Positions 17,375 to 28,103 of a stretch of 58,866 bases of DNA are shown in pieces (position 1 is the first letter of the stretch; every line of letters begins with the position of its first letter). A program made the position numbers and the translations under genes. The notes beneath the pieces are model-generated. The model made no database searches. It saw nothing but the letters and a program-made list of their open reading frames with translations, and was not told the origin of the DNA. The stretch comes from Candidatus Gottesmanbacteria bacterium (GTDB lineage: Bacteria; Patescibacteriota; Microgenomatia; UBA10105; UBA927): NCBI GenBank assembly GCA_016218215.1, contig JACREM010000069.1:1-58866 (forward strand), given 5' to 3'.

Positions 17375-18298
17375 ATGTATGATTTAACCCTTCGGGACGC
17401 TGTATTGGTCGCTGTTTCTTATTCAGATATTTTTTCTTATCCTCTCACAATAGAGGAATTAATCCGTTTTCTTCCGTATAGATCAGATGCATCGAGGATA
17501 CGAATTCAAAGAGTAGTAAATGCGCTTCATTTACTGACTCGAGACGGATTTATTACATTTTCAAAAGCTTCGGGATATATTGCGCTTCGAAAAAAAAGAG
17601 ACACAATTGCCCAGAGGAAATGGAATATTGTGTATAGCGTGTTATGGATATTTCGGTATATTCCAACAGTTCGTCTCGTTGCAGTAACAGGAGCATTATC
17701 AATGAACAATGTCGAAAAAAAAGATGACATTGATCTTTTGGTGATTGCTGAAGGAAAGAGCGTGTGGATTACACGTTTTATCGTGACTTTTTTATTTGAT
17801 GTCTTTGGCATACGAAGAAAGCCAAACCAACGTCATGTTTCTAATTTATTTTGTCTGAATATGTATCTTTCATCCGACGCGTTAGAAATCCCGAAAGAAA
17901 AAAGAAATTTTTATATTGCACATGAAATCGTCCAGATGGTGCCTGTTTTTGATAGAAAGAATACGTATAATTTATTTTGTCAAAAAAACTTGTGGGTGAG
18001 AGACATGCTCCCGCATGCACTAAAAAGGGTACAAATCAGGACAGGACATACTCGTATTGGATTTGGTATTGTCGGGGAATGGGTACAGCAATTATTTTTT
18101 ACCAGTATGGAATATTTAGATGTGTTGTTTATGCGCGTGCAGCTTTTGTATATGAAGACTCGTCATACCCGTGAAGTAGTCCTTCGGGATATGATTCGAT
18201 TTCATCCTTTTGATGCAAACGAGTGGGTCTATAAAAAATTAGCTATTCGATTGCGACGAAAGAAAATACCACTTGACAAGATTTTTTTCTCCCATTAA
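17375..18298 (+). CDS. Hypothetical protein with minimal nucleotidyltransferase-fold motif
   Basis: GALSMNNVEKKDDIDLLVI resembles the GS...D.D motif of pol-beta-type nucleotidyltransferases. No other recognisable motif. Confidence 0.4.
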   Translation: MYDLTLRDAVLVAVSYSDIFSYPLTIEELIRFLPYRSDASRIRIQRVVNALHLLTRDGFITFSKASGYIALRKKRDTIAQRKWNIVYSVLWIFRYIPTVRLVAVTGALSMNNVEKKDDIDLLVIAEGKSVWITRFIVTFLFDVFGIRRKPNQRHVSNLFCLNMYLSSDALEIPKEKRNFYIAHEIVQMVPVFDRKNTYNLFCQKNLWVRDMLPHALKRVQIRTGHTRIGFGIVGEWVQQLFFTSMEYLDVLFMRVQLLYMKTRHTREVVLRDMIRFHPFDANEWVYKKLAIRLRRKKIPLDKIFFSH

Positions 18299-18301
18299 AA
18301 T
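18273..18301 (+). promoter_or_regulatory. groESL sigma-70-type promoter (TTGACA - 17 nt - TAAAAT)
   Basis: TTGACA at 18273-18278, 17-nt spacer, TAAAAT at 18296-18301. It lies in the last codons of the upstream gene and directly abuts the CIRCE-like repeat. Confidence 0.7.
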
Positions 18302-18326
18302 AGCAGTCACTTCAAAAGACTGCCAG
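18300..18326 (+). promoter_or_regulatory. CIRCE-like HrcA operator variant (ATAGCAGTC-N9-GACTGCCAG)
   Basis: Inverted repeat with the canonical 9-nt spacer, at the canonical position just downstream of the -10 of groES. It differs from TTAGCACTC-N9-GAGTGCTAA by a compensatory C/G swap in both arms. Confidence 0.55.
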
Positions 18327-18369
18327 TGAATATTGGTATTCAATGTATAAATTTTAAAGGAGGATCCAT

Positions 18370-18666
18370 ATGGCAACAATAAATATAAAGCCGTTATTTG
18401 ATAACGTACTCGTAAAACCTCTTCAGAGCGAGGAAAAACTTCCATCAGGCATCGTGCTTCCGGATAGCGCAAAGGAAAAACCACAAGTAGGTCAGGTTAT
18501 GGCTGTCGGAGCAGGATCGGTAAACGAGAAGGGCGTGAAGACTGAAATGGTAGTTAGGGTTGGGCAAAAAGTTATGTATAAAAAGTGGGGAGGGAATGAA
18601 GTCAAAGTGAACGGGGAAGAGTGGATGATAGTTGAACAAAAAGATATATTGGCGGTTGTTGAGTAA
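18370..18666 (+). CDS. groES: Co-chaperonin GroES
   Basis: IKPLFDNVLVKPLQSEEKLPSGIVLPDSAKEKPQVGQVMAVG. Strong SD AAAGGAGGA at 18356-18364. Confidence 0.95.
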   Translation: MATINIKPLFDNVLVKPLQSEEKLPSGIVLPDSAKEKPQVGQVMAVGAGSVNEKGVKTEMVVRVGQKVMYKKWGGNEVKVNGEEWMIVEQKDILAVVE

Positions 18667-18672
18667 AAATAA

Positions 18673-20337
<1,665 letters not shown>

Positions 20338-20341
20338 TTTA

Positions 20342-20362
20342 GTGAGTAGAAAGTAGAAATAT
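20342..20362. repeat. Short heptanucleotide array (GTGAGTA GAAAGTA GAAATAT) just after the groEL stop
   Basis: Three degenerate units starting 5 nt after the TAA. This is the weakest member of the set. Confidence 0.45.
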
Positions 20363-20374
20363 AATACAAAAATA

Positions 20375-20406
20375 AAAAAGTCCTCTGATTATTCAGGGGA
20401 CTTTTT
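20375..20406 (+). terminator. Rho-independent terminator of groESL
   Basis: AAAAAGTCCTCTGA-TTAT-TCAGGGGACTTTTT: 10-bp stem with one G-U pair, A-tract and T-tract flanks, 38 nt after the groEL stop. Confidence 0.75.
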
Positions 20407-20414
20407 GGTAAGAT
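20406..20414 (+). promoter_or_regulatory. Alpha/beta hydrolase extended -10 (TGgTAAGAT), 8 nt before the ATG
   Basis: Read directly. It overlaps the 3-prime end of the groEL terminator T-tract. Confidence 0.45.
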
Positions 20415-20422
20415 AAGATATC

Positions 20423-21199
20423 ATGATCGAAGAGAAAGTTACTATTGCAAACGAGAAAGGATTGAAGTTGGTTGGGGTTTTGCACCTACCCACTGGAAGA
20501 AAACGATGTCCCGCCGTTATTAATCTTCATGGCTTTACAGGGTATAAGGAAGAGGAAAATAGTAGTTCCTTAGCACGTGACCTAGCTTCAAAAGGGTATG
20601 TTGTCATTCGATTTGACGCTTCAGGAGATGGTGAAAGCGAAGGGACGCTTTCTGATGATTACCGGATGACAAATTATCTTTCAGATATTGATAGTGTGTA
20701 TCAATATCTAATCCATCATCCGTGCGTTGATCCAGAAAAGATAGGAGTATGGGGACATAGTATGGGAGCGACATTGTCTCTTATATGGGGAAGTATGCAT
20801 AATGAAATAAAAGTAATTTGTGCAGTGTCTCCGCCTATAGAGCTTGGATCGACTGATTGGCTTGGACCAAGGCTTGAATCCTGGAAAAGAACGGGGTGGT
20901 TTTCAAAAATTAGCTCAAATGGAAATATTGAAAAACGAATACCATGGGCATTTGTGGAAGATGCACGTAAATATAACGTTTTAAAATTTGTTCAGGGTGT
21001 GAAGAGTCCAACTATGATAGTCCTTGGACTTTCGGATGATACAGTTCCTCCCGAACAATCAAGAAAAATATATCGACGCCTCACATGCAAAAAGGAGCTT
21101 ATTGAAGTCGAAGGAATGAGCCATGATTACAAAAAATTTCCTGACCAAGTTTTGAAGGTAAATGAAAAAGTACTTCCGTTTTTTCGGCAATTTTTATAG
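20423..21199 (+). CDS. Alpha/beta hydrolase (dienelactone hydrolase / S9-like)
   Basis: Nucleophile elbow GHSMGA and an HG oxyanion-type motif (NLHGFTG). Late D and H (GLSDD, MSHDY) would complete a catalytic triad. Confidence 0.7.
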   Translation: MIEEKVTIANEKGLKLVGVLHLPTGRKRCPAVINLHGFTGYKEEENSSSLARDLASKGYVVIRFDASGDGESEGTLSDDYRMTNYLSDIDSVYQYLIHHPCVDPEKIGVWGHSMGATLSLIWGSMHNEIKVICAVSPPIELGSTDWLGPRLESWKRTGWFSKISSNGNIEKRIPWAFVEDARKYNVLKFVQGVKSPTMIVLGLSDDTVPPEQSRKIYRRLTCKKELIEVEGMSHDYKKFPDQVLKVNEKVLPFFRQFL

Positions 21200-21242
21200 G
21201 ATTTGTTTGAGCTTGTTCTCCTGTGCTATGATTGTAGGCGCT

Positions 21243-22124
21243 ATGAAGCGAAAAGTTATTTTCCTTGCGATTCTTGTCCTTCTCTTTTTTTTCGCGATTC
21301 TCCTCGTAAAATACGTCATAGGACGAACGCCTAAACAGGGTGTTTTGAAAGTCCAAAGTGTACCTCAGGCAAGCGTATTTCTTGATAATAAGCACATCGG
21401 GAGAACTCCATATGAAGATAAAGTTGAGGAGGGACAATATACGATAAAAATTGTTCCGGATGAATCAATTCAATCACTCGCCGCATGGCAGGCAAATATC
21501 CGAATTTCCCCAAATACACTTACCTATGTCAATCGTGATCTATCAGACTCTGAGCTCACGTCTGCAGGAGATGTGCTGTGGCTTGAAAAAATATCGAGCA
21601 AGCAATCAGAAATTTCTGTCACCACGATTCCGGACGGCTCATCGCTTCTTTTAGATACTGGGGGAAAAAGTGTCACGCCAATCCTTCTTCAAAATATCAC
21701 CCCCGGAGATCACACACTCACTGTTTCTTCCCCCGGGTTTTTGACACGGACGCTCAAAATTCGGACTACCGGTGGGTATAAACTTATAGCGACCTTGCAG
21801 CTTGCTTTATCTGCTACAGGACCCTCAGAAGCGACTTCATCTTCACAGGTGGTTTCGCCCACTCCGACTCTATCCCAAGGGAAACAGGCTTCTGGGTCCG
21901 GGAGCGTGAAAGATCCACTCCGACCATATATAGTTGTGAAAGAAACACCGACCGGGTACCTTCGGGTTCGCATGGAGCCTACTACCAGTGCGACTGAAGC
22001 GGCTCGGGTAAAGCCCGGAGATAAATTTTCTATCTTGTCTTCCAAAACCGGGTGGTATCAGATAACGTTTGAAGAAGGAAAAAAAGGCTGGGTGTCTGGA
22101 CAATATGCGGAAAAAGTTGAGTAG
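21243..22124 (+). CDS. Membrane-anchored PEGA-repeat protein with C-terminal SH3-like domain
   Basis: Two PEGA-like segments (VQSVPQASVFLDNKHIGRTPY, VTTIPDGSSLLLDTGGKSVTP). C-terminal YLRVRMEPTTSA...GWYQITFEEGKKGWVSGQY. Start moved to the ATG at 21243 (MKRKVIFLAIL). Confidence 0.65.
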   Translation: MKRKVIFLAILVLLFFFAILLVKYVIGRTPKQGVLKVQSVPQASVFLDNKHIGRTPYEDKVEEGQYTIKIVPDESIQSLAAWQANIRISPNTLTYVNRDLSDSELTSAGDVLWLEKISSKQSEISVTTIPDGSSLLLDTGGKSVTPILLQNITPGDHTLTVSSPGFLTRTLKIRTTGGYKLIATLQLALSATGPSEATSSSQVVSPTPTLSQGKQASGSGSVKDPLRPYIVVKETPTGYLRVRMEPTTSATEAARVKPGDKFSILSSKTGWYQITFEEGKKGWVSGQYAEKVE

Positions 22125-22133
22125 TTTTTTACT

Positions 22134-22796
22134 TTAAAGCCTCAAAGATTCAAGGAGTATGATAAGCGTTCCGACGCACCAATGAGTGATAATGAGCGTA
22201 TAGATATTTCTATATTTTAGAAAATTACTCGATAAGATAAGTCCCAGAAAAAATGTACCGATGAGTATAGAGATGCCGCCATGCATATACGGGGTATGAA
22301 TAAGCATGAAGATAAGCGAGCAATAGAGGCAAAGAAATATTTTATTTTCCGTAACATAGGTAAGCCTTGTAAGATAGAATCCAAAAAATATAATTTCCTG
22401 AAGTGGAACTGAGAGCAGGACATAATATGCTATGCCAAACGGAAGCGGTATAAACGCTGTTTCATTGAGCATTTCTTTCAATGCGCTAAACGAAGGGACT
22501 GTGAAGTAGATGAAAAGAATGGAGAGAATATACAGTATCGCTGGCGGAAGTATTGATTTCATGCTTTCGGAAAATAATCTCTTTTGCAATCCGAGTGCTT
22601 TTACGGATATATTTAATTTATGCATGACGACCGCGATATACCCGAGACTTGCAAACATGATAAACGTTCGAAAGAGCATAATTTTTGGAATAAATAATAT
22701 GAGAAGGAGTGGGAGAAAGATAAGATACGTTGTTTCTACGAGAAGAAAGATAGGGCTTTTAAAAAGTTTGGGAGGTGAAATTTTCATACATTTCAT
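22134..22796 (-). CDS. CPBP-family (CAAX/Abi-like) intramembrane protease homolog
   Basis: Polytopic. Degenerate EExxxR-type motif (LQEIIFFGFYLTR), plus FMLIH and ITHW motifs in later helices. Confidence 0.45.
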   Translation of the reverse strand: MKCMKISPPKLFKSPIFLLVETTYLIFLPLLLILFIPKIMLFRTFIMFASLGYIAVVMHKLNISVKALGLQKRLFSESMKSILPPAILYILSILFIYFTVPSFSALKEMLNETAFIPLPFGIAYYVLLSVPLQEIIFFGFYLTRLTYVTENKIFLCLYCSLIFMLIHTPYMHGGISILIGTFFLGLILSSNFLKYRNIYTLIITHWCVGTLIILLESLRL

Positions 22797-23731
22797 CCAC
22801 CGATGCCGTAAATAACGACGAGGATTAATCCCGCCCAGAGGATAACCGTCAAAAGGAGCGGAAGATCTGAAGTGAGAATTTTTTCAGGTGATTCTCCTTT
22901 TCCTTCGTAAATAAGCTGCATATACCGCATGATGCCAAAAAGGACAAATGGGATGGTAATCATCATCCATTTTCTGTCGGGTAGATCCGGTGCAAAATCA
23001 TAGTATGAGCGAAGGAAAAATCCCCGGTTTGTTGGTTTTTCAAGAAATGTATAAAAGGCGTAGGTAATAAACGTAGAATTTGCAAACATTGCGGTATACG
23101 TGTCGAGTAATTTTTCTGAGTAGTGAGATAAGCTTTCCCGGGTGTCGCGCGGAATGACGCCGCTATATCCCTGTAAAAGTGTAAGTTCTGCCCGTCGTTT
23201 TCCGATAGCCAAAAATAATGCTAAGGATAAAGCGGCAAGCGCAAGCCAGATCGAGATATGAAATCCAGTTGCAGCCTCTCCGGCGTATACACGAAGAAAA
23301 TACGCGGTAGTGATGGTAAGAATATCTATAACAGTGATGTGTTTTAAGAAGAGCGAATATGAATACTCCAGGACGATAAATAGAACAGAAATAAAGAAAA
23401 ATGACTGACTGATCGTGGAGCTAATTTTTAACCCCAGGCCGAGAAATACAAGCGACGTTGTAAGTGCAAGCGCTGGTGACAGGAGCCTGCTGGCCACCGG
23501 ACGAAATTTTTTGAACGGGTGTTTTCGGTCTTTTGGCGCATCGAGGATATCATTAAAAATATAATTTGATGACGACAAGAGACAAAAAGAAATAAATGCC
23601 CAGAGAGTAGGTGTAAGTACCTTTGGTTCTAAGACATGACCGGTAAAGAGAATCGTGGTAAAGACAGCGAGATTTTTTAACCACTGTCTTGGTCGTGCTG
23701 TTTTGAGAATTGCGTAAAGAAGTTTACCCAT
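22793..23731 (-). CDS. UbiA-family decaprenyl-phosphate phosphoribosyltransferase-like enzyme (DPPR synthase type)
   Basis: ARPRQWLKNLAVF and NDILDAPKDRKHPFKKFRPVASR closely resemble the signature regions of mycobacterial Rv3806c-type enzymes. Confidence 0.75.
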   Translation of the reverse strand: MGKLLYAILKTARPRQWLKNLAVFTTILFTGHVLEPKVLTPTLWAFISFCLLSSSNYIFNDILDAPKDRKHPFKKFRPVASRLLSPALALTTSLVFLGLGLKISSTISQSFFFISVLFIVLEYSYSLFLKHITVIDILTITTAYFLRVYAGEAATGFHISIWLALAALSLALFLAIGKRRAELTLLQGYSGVIPRDTRESLSHYSEKLLDTYTAMFANSTFITYAFYTFLEKPTNRGFFLRSYYDFAPDLPDRKWMMITIPFVLFGIMRYMQLIYEGKGESPEKILTSDLPLLLTVILWAGLILVVIYGIGG

Positions 23732-24756
23732 AGGAGAAACCCTCCAACTGCGACCATCACAAGCAGAAACGTAAACACTTTTTCTTTACTTGTTACAGTA
23801 AGAGCGATTGATCCCAGTATAGCTGACACTATCCAGTAAAACAAGGCAATTCTTCTCTTTCCCCACCCGAGATCCAGAAGTCTGTGGTGCAGGTGTCCTC
23901 TGTCTGCTAGTACCGGAAGTTTTTTTGATCCAATCCGTCGGATGAGCGTATAGACTGCGTCAATCATAGGAACACCCAATACCAACAGCGCCGTGCCGAC
24001 CTTTGCGTATGAGAGAATACCGATGAGAGCCAAGAGAAATCCGGCAAGTGTTTTCCCTCCATACCCTGGCATGATTTTTTGTGGATAAAAGTTCCATGGA
24101 AGAAATCCAAAAAAAGCGCCTGCCGTGATAAATGCAAGCGTGGTGACAAACGATTGGGTTGGATCTTGAATGCTAAATCTCATTGAAAGAAGACCTAGGA
24201 CGACAGCGCTAATCGTGACAAAGCCTGGCATTTGTCCATCAACTCCCGCAGACCATCCGATGATATTCATCGTCCACATAATCCAAAGAAGTGCAAAAAG
24301 ATCAGCAAGGATAATGATGGTATGAATACCAAACAAAGGAAAAGAGTAGGTCCATATTGAAAGATCGATAATGCCACCAGTGAATGGGTTGGTAATATAG
24401 GGAATTCCGACTCCTACGCCGATGACGATGAGGGAAGCGACTAAGTTTGTTCCGAGTCTTATGTAGGGGTGAATGTCTTTTTTGTCATCCAACAGTCCAA
24501 CGATAATAAGAATGGAGGATGCACCAAGGATTGCCCACGTGCGTACAGTAAGCGGAAGAAAAAGAATGGTTGAAACGAAAAGACCAATAAATATTGCGAG
24601 TCCTCCGGCCCTTGGGATAATGCCTTTGTGTACATGAGCCGGGTGAAAGCGTTTTTTTGGATCGTCTACCAGATCATATTTTTTGGCAAAACGGATAATG
24701 ACAGGGGTGATGAAAAGAGTGGTAAGAAATGCGATAAGAAAGGGAATATACGGCAT
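23677..24756 (-). CDS. Polyprenyl-phosphate N-acetylhexosamine-1-phosphate transferase (MraY/WecA, GT4 family)
   Basis: About 10-11 TM helices, DDKKDI and HLHHRLLDLG motifs typical of the WecA/MraY family. The 3-prime end overlaps the next gene by 55 nt. Confidence 0.8.
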   Translation of the reverse strand: MPYIPFLIAFLTTLFITPVIIRFAKKYDLVDDPKKRFHPAHVHKGIIPRAGGLAIFIGLFVSTILFLPLTVRTWAILGASSILIIVGLLDDKKDIHPYIRLGTNLVASLIVIGVGVGIPYITNPFTGGIIDLSIWTYSFPLFGIHTIIILADLFALLWIMWTMNIIGWSAGVDGQMPGFVTISAVVLGLLSMRFSIQDPTQSFVTTLAFITAGAFFGFLPWNFYPQKIMPGYGGKTLAGFLLALIGILSYAKVGTALLVLGVPMIDAVYTLIRRIGSKKLPVLADRGHLHHRLLDLGWGKRRIALFYWIVSAILGSIALTVTSKEKVFTFLLVMVAVGGFLLWVNFFTQFSKQHDQDSG

Positions 24757-24771
24757 ACTTCTTTTGCTCAG

Positions 24772-25158
24772 TTATGTTACGAGTGAAATGATACTCAATA
24801 TAACAACGCACGAGAAAAGACTGACAACAAATGATGTGAGAGATAAAATTTGTGCAAAGATGAGGTGCTCCCGTGTGCTATAAACACTTGTAAGTATTGC
24901 AGCTATTTGCCAGATGAAGCTTCCTACCGGAAGAATGACGAGCCAGAAGGATTTTTCCAATTGTTCATCTCCCCATGGAAGCGAATACCAAAGGGGTACC
25001 ATTGGAGGAAGTTTTTTCCATACGACGAAAAAAGCTATACATTGAACTGCAATGAGAATAAAAGAGAGCTTCATAGAAATATTGATGACCCAATTTTTGT
25101 TAAGAGTAGTCCATGTTTCGCGAATAAATGAAGCTCGGTGTTTGAGCGAAATAGTCAT
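24772..25158 (-). CDS. Small polytopic membrane protein, unknown function
   Basis: 128-aa ORF with about four hydrophobic helices, tightly packed between the GT-C and WecA-like genes. Confidence 0.45.
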   Translation of the reverse strand: MTISLKHRASFIRETWTTLNKNWVINISMKLSFILIAVQCIAFFVVWKKLPPMVPLWYSLPWGDEQLEKSFWLVILPVGSFIWQIAAILTSVYSTREHLIFAQILSLTSFVVSLFSCVVILSIISLVT

Positions 25159-25159
25159 G

Positions 25160-26518
25160 TTATTTTTTTAGTTTTAGGGCAGTCGTCTGTATCGGTGATC
25201 TGTACATAAGCGTGTATGACCCATCTTCGTGGACCAGGAATGCCCGCGTCGGATAGAGAGGCAGATCACGGGCCATCTGCGATGGTTTTACGAGAGAGTC
25301 TCCAACGTACCATGGAAAAGCTGATTCATCCGGATTATACAGATACACAGACTCTGGATGGGTGCTATAGTATATCGTTTCAAAAAATATAAGCGGAGAA
25401 GTTGCAAATACAACATCTGACGGTTTTTTTAATGAATTTATTTGCGTGATAGTATCGCGGATGGGAAGCTTTGGGTGTAGCGGAGGATACCATATATTTA
25501 CCCAGAGTAAAAATCCCACATAGAGTGCCGAGAGGAGCACTTGGACTGATTTATTTTTGATCATCTCCAGTACAGAGACGACAAGAAATATTTCTCCGAA
25601 TGTTACAGGCAGAAAATAGCGGTTTGTAAACATTGGTTTAACGAGAAGTGAAAATCCAAGAACAAGCGTTAAAGGTGCAGCAACCAGTAAAAGAATAAAA
25701 AGATTCGTTTTTCTCTGATGCTTTGAAATGAGTAGGATCGCCATAAGTCCTAGAAGAACAAGAGATCCGAATGCTGTCCATCCCCAGAGATACCAGGGTG
25801 TTCCTTCATACCCAAGAAACATATTTCCAAGTACGGAAGTAATCAGGTGCAGGTCAACGGGAAAATACCAGGAAGAGGAGAGTTTTGAAATATGTGAAGA
25901 AGACACAATGATCCAGGGGAGCATACAAAGGCTCACAAGTGCGATGCTTTGTATGTATTTTTGTTGAAATACGTGTTTTAGAGAAATATGTCTGTATTCG
26001 GTGATCAGAAAATGAAGCGTCGTTACGATCGGGAAAAAAATCATGTACACATGGGTATAAAATCCCAAGATTGTGGCTGTGGTAAAAATGATCCATTTTT
26101 TTTCAAGATATCCGTATAAAGCAAGAGCAATAAACGCCATGAACCATCCGTACGCGCGAGCTTCAAACGCGTAATAGAGAAGCATCGGATTTAATATAAA
26201 CGTAAGAGGGGTGACCCATGAGAGAAAATGTTTTCCAAATCGTTTTTCAGACCAAACAACGACAACAGAGCATGCGATGAGAAATCCTACAAGCGAGAGC
26301 GATCGCACCGCGACTTCGCTTGTGCCGAAGAGTTTGATCCAAAAATGAAGAAGTATGTAGTATAAAGGAGGCTCAAACGTGAGCGTCGGGAGGAAGTGTA
26401 AAAGCGGTTCTTTCGCGGCAAGAATAGAGAATGCTTCATCGCGCCAAATACTTTGGGTAAGGTAGAGAAGCGGCGTATGTGACAAAAGAAATTGAAAGGC
26501 GGAAACAACAAGAGACAT
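25160..26518 (-). CDS. GT-C fold membrane glycosyltransferase (GT39 / ArnT-like)
   Basis: About 11 TM helices, with an acidic first-loop motif SIWRDEAFSIL as in polyprenyl-phosphate-sugar dependent GT-C enzymes. TATAAT lies 8 nt upstream of the ATG. Confidence 0.6.
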   Translation of the reverse strand: MSLVVSAFQFLLSHTPLLYLTQSIWRDEAFSILAAKEPLLHFLPTLTFEPPLYYILLHFWIKLFGTSEVAVRSLSLVGFLIACSVVVVWSEKRFGKHFLSWVTPLTFILNPMLLYYAFEARAYGWFMAFIALALYGYLEKKWIIFTTATILGFYTHVYMIFFPIVTTLHFLITEYRHISLKHVFQQKYIQSIALVSLCMLPWIIVSSSHISKLSSSWYFPVDLHLITSVLGNMFLGYEGTPWYLWGWTAFGSLVLLGLMAILLISKHQRKTNLFILLLVAAPLTLVLGFSLLVKPMFTNRYFLPVTFGEIFLVVSVLEMIKNKSVQVLLSALYVGFLLWVNIWYPPLHPKLPIRDTITQINSLKKPSDVVFATSPLIFFETIYYSTHPESVYLYNPDESAFPWYVGDSLVKPSQMARDLPLYPTRAFLVHEDGSYTLMYRSPIQTTALKLKK

Positions 26519-26593
26519 ACGCGTTTATTATACCGCTTTCATCCCCCTTCGCGAAGTACTCGCTTCGGCGGGATTCCGCAAGATTAAATAGCT

Positions 26594-28075
26594 TCAAATT
26601 TTTTCTGTTACTCTATATTCAAGTCGTTTGCCAAACAGGAGTCTCGTATGAGCGTCGAGCCCTGGGAGAGCGCTTAGGAAAAAAGAGATGAATGGGAGCG
26701 TCAGCCATTGAAGGTAAAAAAACGGCAGTTTCCAAGTGGCAAAATCCTTTGGTTTCGGCGGTTTTATTTTCCAATCAATGTAAAAGATGACCAACAAAAA
26801 GAGTGTTGAAAGCGTGAGGATTCCGGATGATATTTTTGGGATATTATGACCCAATACCGTGCGGCCGAACGCAGGATTTATAAGTGTCGGGATAGTACTG
26901 CCGATCGTCAGGACAAACCAATTTGCCGGCCAGAATATATGATGTTCAAGTATTTGGATAAGTCGACGAAGCCGGTCTTTTAGAGGAATTTCCGGGTGGG
27001 TCAGGATCCCTCGGATGATGAATGGAACGTCAGATACTCCCCATGCCCAGCGTTTAGACTGTTCATATTGATTGATCATGGTTTTAAAGAACCCATGACT
27101 CTCCGCAGCGTCTACGTACACAGGCAAGAAGATGCCTTTCGTCGAGACTTTTTCTCCAAGAGAAAAATATACAGTGAAAAAAAGATGATAGTCTTCAGGA
27201 ATGACGTCTACGCCCCAGTATCCTGCTGATACTGCTGTTTTAAAAGAAAGTGAGTATGTAGAAAAATTTATGAGTTTATCTTGTTCGGATAACACTGCAA
27301 GATTCCAGATACTGTTTAACGTGTTTAAGAATTTATTTGGAAGCGGGAGTCTCCAGATATTTGAGTAGAAAAGAATCGCTCCTTGATAAAAGTGATAGTA
27401 TCGGTCTGGATCACTTAAAAAGTGATACGAAAAACAGGCAAAATATTTTGGGTGTAAAAATGCATCGGCGTCGCAGGAGGTCACCGTGACATGTTCTAGT
27501 GAAATGCGCCATTGCTTGAGTTTTCCCATGGCTGCTCGGGCCGCATATGCCATATTGGATGATTTTCCTGCTATTTCGCCTGGTACGAGAGGATGAGACG
27601 TGACGAGGAATTTGCCGAACATATTTCCGAATTTACGCTTCAATATATCTGACGCTTGCTTTGCGTCTGTATCTTTTTCTTCAGTTGCAAGGACTATCAT
27701 GAGATGGTCAAGAGGGTAGTCTTGTTTTGTCAGATTTAAAATGGTTCGCTCAAGGATATGAATCGGTTCTTTGTACTCCGGAATAATGATAATGTGATGC
27801 AGTTTTTGAAAATCTGGCACTGTTTTTGCTTTTGTAAGCCAATCGATTTGAATATGAGCGATCATTTTGACATACGACCTGAGAGCATTGAGCGCTGAGA
27901 CAGAAGATTTTGATAACCAGTACACGTCGAAAAGAATAACGAGATATGCGACGAATGCCGGATGAGAGAGAGATAACCATGCGGGCATAGTGATAAGAGA
28001 CCAGGACATGAGCGGCACGAGTATCTCAAATAACCGTTGGAACGTTCGGGGGTACTTTTCGTAGAGTTGGCGCAT
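26594..28075 (-). CDS. Membrane-embedded processive family-2 glycosyltransferase (cellulose/chitin synthase-like)
   Basis: D, DxD, ED and QxxRW signature series: IIIPEYKEP, TSCDADAF, VIPEDYH, QSKRWAWG. TM helices flank the catalytic domain. Confidence 0.7.
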   Translation of the reverse strand: MRQLYEKYPRTFQRLFEILVPLMSWSLITMPAWLSLSHPAFVAYLVILFDVYWLSKSSVSALNALRSYVKMIAHIQIDWLTKAKTVPDFQKLHHIIIIPEYKEPIHILERTILNLTKQDYPLDHLMIVLATEEKDTDAKQASDILKRKFGNMFGKFLVTSHPLVPGEIAGKSSNMAYAARAAMGKLKQWRISLEHVTVTSCDADAFLHPKYFACFSYHFLSDPDRYYHFYQGAILFYSNIWRLPLPNKFLNTLNSIWNLAVLSEQDKLINFSTYSLSFKTAVSAGYWGVDVIPEDYHLFFTVYFSLGEKVSTKGIFLPVYVDAAESHGFFKTMINQYEQSKRWAWGVSDVPFIIRGILTHPEIPLKDRLRRLIQILEHHIFWPANWFVLTIGSTIPTLINPAFGRTVLGHNIPKISSGILTLSTLFLLVIFYIDWKIKPPKPKDFATWKLPFFYLQWLTLPFISFFLSALPGLDAHTRLLFGKRLEYRVTEKI

Positions 28076-28103
28076 AAATACCTGCTAATTATAGCACAGA
28101 AGA

